39,012 nt of DNA from a virus (Duplodnaviria; Caudoviricetes): the IMG/VR virus record IMGVR_UViG_3300037851_000465, positions 1 to 39,012 of that record; one strand, 5' to 3'. The notes below the pieces were generated by a model that saw only the letters and a program-made list of their open reading frames with translations, was not told where the DNA came from and ran no database searches. Made by a program: the position numbers and the translations under genes. Numbering within the stretch: the stretch's first letter is position 1; each line of letters starts with the position of its first letter. Below, in pieces: positions 35,989 to 39,012 of the stretch.

Positions 35989-36183
35989 TCATCGCGGTGG
36001 CCAAGGCCATCCCGCCTGACGGTAGATGCTGCGCAAGGTTCCCACGGGCAGATCCCGCTTGGGATGGGGCACCGTGACCAGTCCGGGATGCTCGGCATGC
36101 TTGAAATGCCAATGATCACCCGTGGTTCTGATGTGCTGCCACCCGTGGTCACGTAGGCGCTTGATCAGGTGGCGGCTGTCCAT
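35989..36183 (-). CDS. hicA: HicA mRNA interferase toxin
   Basis: MDSR.LIK.L...GW...RT.GDH.HFKH...PG.VTVPHPK.DLP.GTL.SI..QAG. Confidence 0.95.
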   Translation of the reverse strand: MDSRHLIKRLRDHGWQHIRTTGDHWHFKHAEHPGLVTVPHPKRDLPVGTLRSIYRQAGWPWPPR

Positions 36184-36190
36184 GGTGGAT

Positions 36191-36218
36191 GTTATACATA
36201 CGCAGTGTGTATATGCAA
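36191..36218 (-). promoter_or_regulatory. hicAB promoter with palindromic operator (leaderless hicA)
   Basis: TTGCAT-N16-TATAAC-N7-ATG; imperfect palindrome ATACACAC-TGC-GTATGTAT (36194-36212). Confidence 0.75.
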
Positions 36219-36220
36219 GC

Positions 36221-36311
36221 GCCCAACAGGGCGATGCAGCCGACCGGGCGACGATGGGGCAACTGTGGGCGGGATCATGGGCCGCCCGGCGGCTGATCTT
36301 GGGCGTTGGGC
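36221..36311 (+). other. attC: Integron attC recombination site (91 bp)
   Basis: R'' GCCCAAC-5nt-L'' GATGCAGC-CG-A-CCGGGCG...CGCCCGG-CG-L' GCTGATC-6nt-R' GTTGGGC, with both extrahelical bases in canonical positions. Confidence 0.88.
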
Positions 36312-36535
36312 TTCTGCGTGTCACAAGTTAATTTAGGCAGGAAACAAAAAATAAAAATGTCTTTTGTTTCCTGTTCGTTAAGCCACATACAAAACCCGCT
36401 TGGGTATTGTAATTTTACCATTTTCCTATCTGGAGTGAACTCAACGCAAGCAGCCTCCTGAACCATTGACGCAAACCCTCGGTATAAAAACCTATCGCCA
36501 ACTTTTATGTCATCTATTGTTAGCATGCTGCTCAC
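36275..36535 (-). CDS. AT-rich hypothetical protein (SH3/KOW-like start), C-terminus reads into attC
   Basis: DIKVGDRFLY; low GC; ends PNAQDQPPGGP inside the attC. Confidence 0.6.
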   Translation of the reverse strand: MSSMLTIDDIKVGDRFLYRGFASMVQEAACVEFTPDRKMVKLQYPSGFCMWLNEQETKDIFIFCFLPKLTCDTQKPNAQDQPPGGP

Positions 36536-36583
36536 TTTCGTGGAACGGGTTGGTTAGCGGAGTTCGTAGATGTAGTCCATGGG

Positions 36584-36805
36584 TCATCCTTGGTCCTGGG
36601 GTTTTTGGGGCACAGCCACCCAATGTTCCCCAAACGGCAGGCACCGACACGTCACCCAATCGCCAAGGCCTTTCCAGGTGAAGGTCCAGTCCCTGATGTC
36701 GCCATCCATGGGTATGGATGGTTCATAGGTGATTCCGCCGCGTCCATTCGGTTTCCCGTGGAACACTAGGTGTTTGCGCGGGGGCGGGATGGGGGGTGGT
36801 TTCAT
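36584..36805 (-). CDS. Hypothetical protein
   Basis: ATGA overlap with upstream gene; GAGG RBS. Confidence 0.6.
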   Translation of the reverse strand: MKPPPIPPPRKHLVFHGKPNGRGGITYEPSIPMDGDIRDWTFTWKGLGDWVTCRCLPFGEHWVAVPQKPQDQG

Positions 36806-37146
36806 GGTGAACGCCTCTTCTTGGCCGGTGGATCCCCCTGCACCCGTTCCAGTTCCCGTTCCTTCGCGTCCAGGCGGGCAGCGGAGGACAGCATCTCTTC
36901 CAGGGTGACGCCACCAAACAGGACGATACGGTCCAGGCCCTTGGCGGCGATCTTCCGCAGTACCTTGGCCACCTCGACGCCGTTTCCGTGCATGGGCGGC
37001 AGTTTCCGGTCACATTCCAGGCCTTCATAGGCGTGGACGATGATGCGCGGTCGGCCTTTGATGCCCAACCAGTCGCTGGTGATGGATCCCTTGGACGGGT
37101 TGACGGGTTTGCCGCAGACGGCGCAGACGGGGATTTTCTTGGGCAT
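36802..37146 (-). CDS. Hypothetical Zn-binding protein
   Basis: AGGAG RBS; CAVCGKP...H.....C. Confidence 0.7.
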   Translation of the reverse strand: MPKKIPVCAVCGKPVNPSKGSITSDWLGIKGRPRIIVHAYEGLECDRKLPPMHGNGVEVAKVLRKIAAKGLDRIVLFGGVTLEEMLSSAARLDAKERELERVQGDPPAKKRRSP

Positions 37147-37156
37147 GATCGTGCTC

Positions 37157-38497
37157 CTAAAAGAGGTCATCAGCGGTGGTGACGGACGCGGCCACAGTGG
37201 CCGGTTTCTCAGGCGCGACTTCGCTGGTCACATTGTGACGCGGCTGGTCACTCGGCTTTTCAACCTTCACGGTCTCAGTCTGCGGCGCACTGGCCCCCAC
37301 GACCTGGCCGTCCTCGATCACGACCGAGACTTCCTTGCCACGGCCGACCCGTTCCACCCACACCTGGGCGCCGTGCTCGGCCGCGGCTGCGGCCAGGGCG
37401 GCCAGGCTGTCGTCATCCAACAGACTACCGTCGCGGACCAGGGCCACCCGCACGCCGGGGCGCTGGGCCATCGCGATGGCGACCCCCACGCGGATCTGTT
37501 CGGCTTGGCTGGCCTGGGCGAGGGGCACCCCGTTCAGGCGCACCTGGTCAGCGTCTACCGACAAGCCCGGCACCGGCAGTTTCACGGCGGCCACGGCGGC
37601 GCGTTCGTCGGCGTCGGCCTGCTCCAGGGCCTTGGTCAGGCGCTGGCTTTCGGCGCGCCATTTCTCGACCTCGGCAGCCACCTGCTTCTGGGCCGCATTG
37701 TGGCGGATCTTGGCGTTGGTCGCCTCGATGTCGCGGATCTGGGCGGCCAGGTCTTCGGTGCTGGTGGGGGCGGGCATGTTGTCCAGGGCGGCGCGGACCT
37801 GGTCGTGCTTGGTCTTGGCCTGGGCCAGGGCGGCTTCCATGCGCTTGATCTCGGCGTTGATGTTGTCCAGGTCCCGCAGGGCGGTGGCGCGCATGGCGGC
37901 GTTGCGCTCGGCGGCGCGTAGGCGTTCAGCCAAGGCCGATGCGGATTGTTCCTGGTCGGGGAGGTTCGGGTGCAGTTGGGTTTGCTTGGCTTCCAGGTTC
38001 TTGAGCGTCAGGTTGGCCGAGGCCCGCTGATCGTAGATGGCCTTGCGGCGGGTGGCGAACCCTTCCACGTCCAGACCGATCAGGGCCTGCAGGGTGCGCG
38101 CCTGGTCGCGGGGCTTCTGGCGTAGGAAGGCCAGGGGATCAAAGGCGATGTCGCTGGTCAGTTTGTCCAGGACGGCCTGTGGGCTGGCCAGTTTGCCGCC
38201 ATCGGCCGCGGTGACGGTGACCGTGCTGCCCGAGGGCGCGATGCGCCGCTCGATGAGGTAGTCCTGGGTCTTGGCGATGATGGTGGCGCGGGCCTGCCCG
38301 GCGCGGATGGGCTCATCCGGCATGGCGGACTTGCCGGCGAAGGCCCACTGGATCGCATCCAGGACGCTGGTCTTACCTTGGCCGTTGCGGCCACCGATGA
38401 TGACCACCGGCTGGCCGTTGGGGTGGATGGTGACGGCTGACAGACGCTTCACGTTCTGGGCCTGGAGTTCGATGATGGTTTGCGGGTTCTGGGTCAT
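37157..38497 (-). CDS. SMC/SbcC-like coiled-coil ATPase
   Basis: I.EL...NVKRL, GRNGQGKTSVLDAI, long coiled coil, ASQAEQ signature, LVRDGSLLD Walker B/D-loop. Confidence 0.9.
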   Translation of the reverse strand: MTQNPQTIIELQAQNVKRLSAVTIHPNGQPVVIIGGRNGQGKTSVLDAIQWAFAGKSAMPDEPIRAGQARATIIAKTQDYLIERRIAPSGSTVTVTAADGGKLASPQAVLDKLTSDIAFDPLAFLRQKPRDQARTLQALIGLDVEGFATRRKAIYDQRASANLTLKNLEAKQTQLHPNLPDQEQSASALAERLRAAERNAAMRATALRDLDNINAEIKRMEAALAQAKTKHDQVRAALDNMPAPTSTEDLAAQIRDIEATNAKIRHNAAQKQVAAEVEKWRAESQRLTKALEQADADERAAVAAVKLPVPGLSVDADQVRLNGVPLAQASQAEQIRVGVAIAMAQRPGVRVALVRDGSLLDDDSLAALAAAAAEHGAQVWVERVGRGKEVSVVIEDGQVVGASAPQTETVKVEKPSDQPRHNVTSEVAPEKPATVAASVTTADDLF

Positions 38498-39012
38498 GGG
38501 GTGTCCTTGGTGAGAAGGGCGGTGGTGGTGGGGGCGCTGTAGGCCCCGCTTTTGCGCAGGGCGGGGAGGACTTCCGAGACCACCCATTTCTGGAAGGGCT
38601 TGGCCTCGGGACGGTCGGAGCGCATGAGGAGGCGGTAGAGGCCGGGTTCGGTGATGACGGAATATTTTTGGGCACCACCGTCGGTCTGGATCAGTCGAAT
38701 ACTTTTTTCGTCCTCATCGAGAATACGGACAGCATAATCAACGCGACGATATCCAAGAACCTTGCTGACATCAGCAGCGAAAAACCACGGTTGGTCTTCA
38801 ATCATCACCCGAACGTCATGATCGTGAAACGTGAAGGTGGTGATGTCGGACCCTTTCGACAAGGGTCCGTTTTTAAATAGGACCCCTTCTTCGACCATGT
38901 CTTTTACAGGGGGTTTTTCCTCGCATGTGTCCGGAAACAGGGCAGACACCAGGATGTCCCGACTGATCGCCATGATCCTGGATTGGACCAACGACAGACG
39001 ATCCGCCTGGGC
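38494..39012 (-). CDS. Bro-N antirepressor-like protein, 3' part (starts at 286 across the junction)
   Basis: F.F..HDVR.....PWF.AADV.KVLGY, LDEDEK, ITEPGLYRL..RS.RPEAK.FQKWV.SEVLP.LRK.G.Y. Confidence 0.92.
   Translation of the reverse strand, partial: AQADRLSLVQSRIMAISRDILVSALFPDTCEEKPPVKDMVEEGVLFKNGPLSKGSDITTFTFHDHDVRVMIEDQPWFFAADVSKVLGYRRVDYAVRILDEDEKSIRLIQTDGGAQKYSVITEPGLYRLLMRSDRPEAKPFQKWVVSEVLPALRKSGAYSAPTTTALLTKDTP
38856..39012 (+). repeat. Terminal direct repeat, right copy
   Basis: Matches 1-157 with one mismatch. Confidence 0.97.

Larger units (their letters stand above)
35591..36305 (+). mobile_element. Putative integron gene cassette carrying inverted, self-promoted hicAB
   Basis: hicAB and its promoter end 2 bp before R'' of a canonical attC; left boundary uncertain. 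Confidence 0.6.

Overview
This window appears to be a complete, circularised temperate tailed phage genome of about 38,855 bp, GC-rich. Bases 1-157 repeat at 38856-39012 with one mismatch, and a Bro-N gene reads through the junction. Modules: (i) leftward early/recombination genes (Rad52/Sak-like annealase, HTH, Bro-N antirepressor, SMC-like ATPase); (ii) a lysogeny cassette (XRE repressor, DUF6941-like, HicB-like, PemK/MazF-like, tyrosine integrase, and attP as the 3' half of tRNA-Cys with arm sites); (iii) rightward replication genes (Cro-like, SSB, DUF2800-like nuclease, SF2 helicase, VRR-NUC, DUF1376-like initiator with internal iterons, DnaC-like loader); (iv) terminase, portal, scaffold and P22-like capsid, then a fibre/appendage block, lysis-like genes, neck genes, a split MuF with a GNAT-like C-terminal domain, and a short non-contractile tail module; (v) hicAB. 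The most notable items are a canonical integron attC site (36221-36311) that makes hicAB look like an inverted integron cassette in a phage with no IntI, a MuF-GNAT effector with a candidate immunity gene, two pairs of matched promoter/operator elements (early and late), candidate structured RNAs, and a u-spanin-like protein with no recognisable endolysin. All family calls come from reading motifs by eye; no database search was run.
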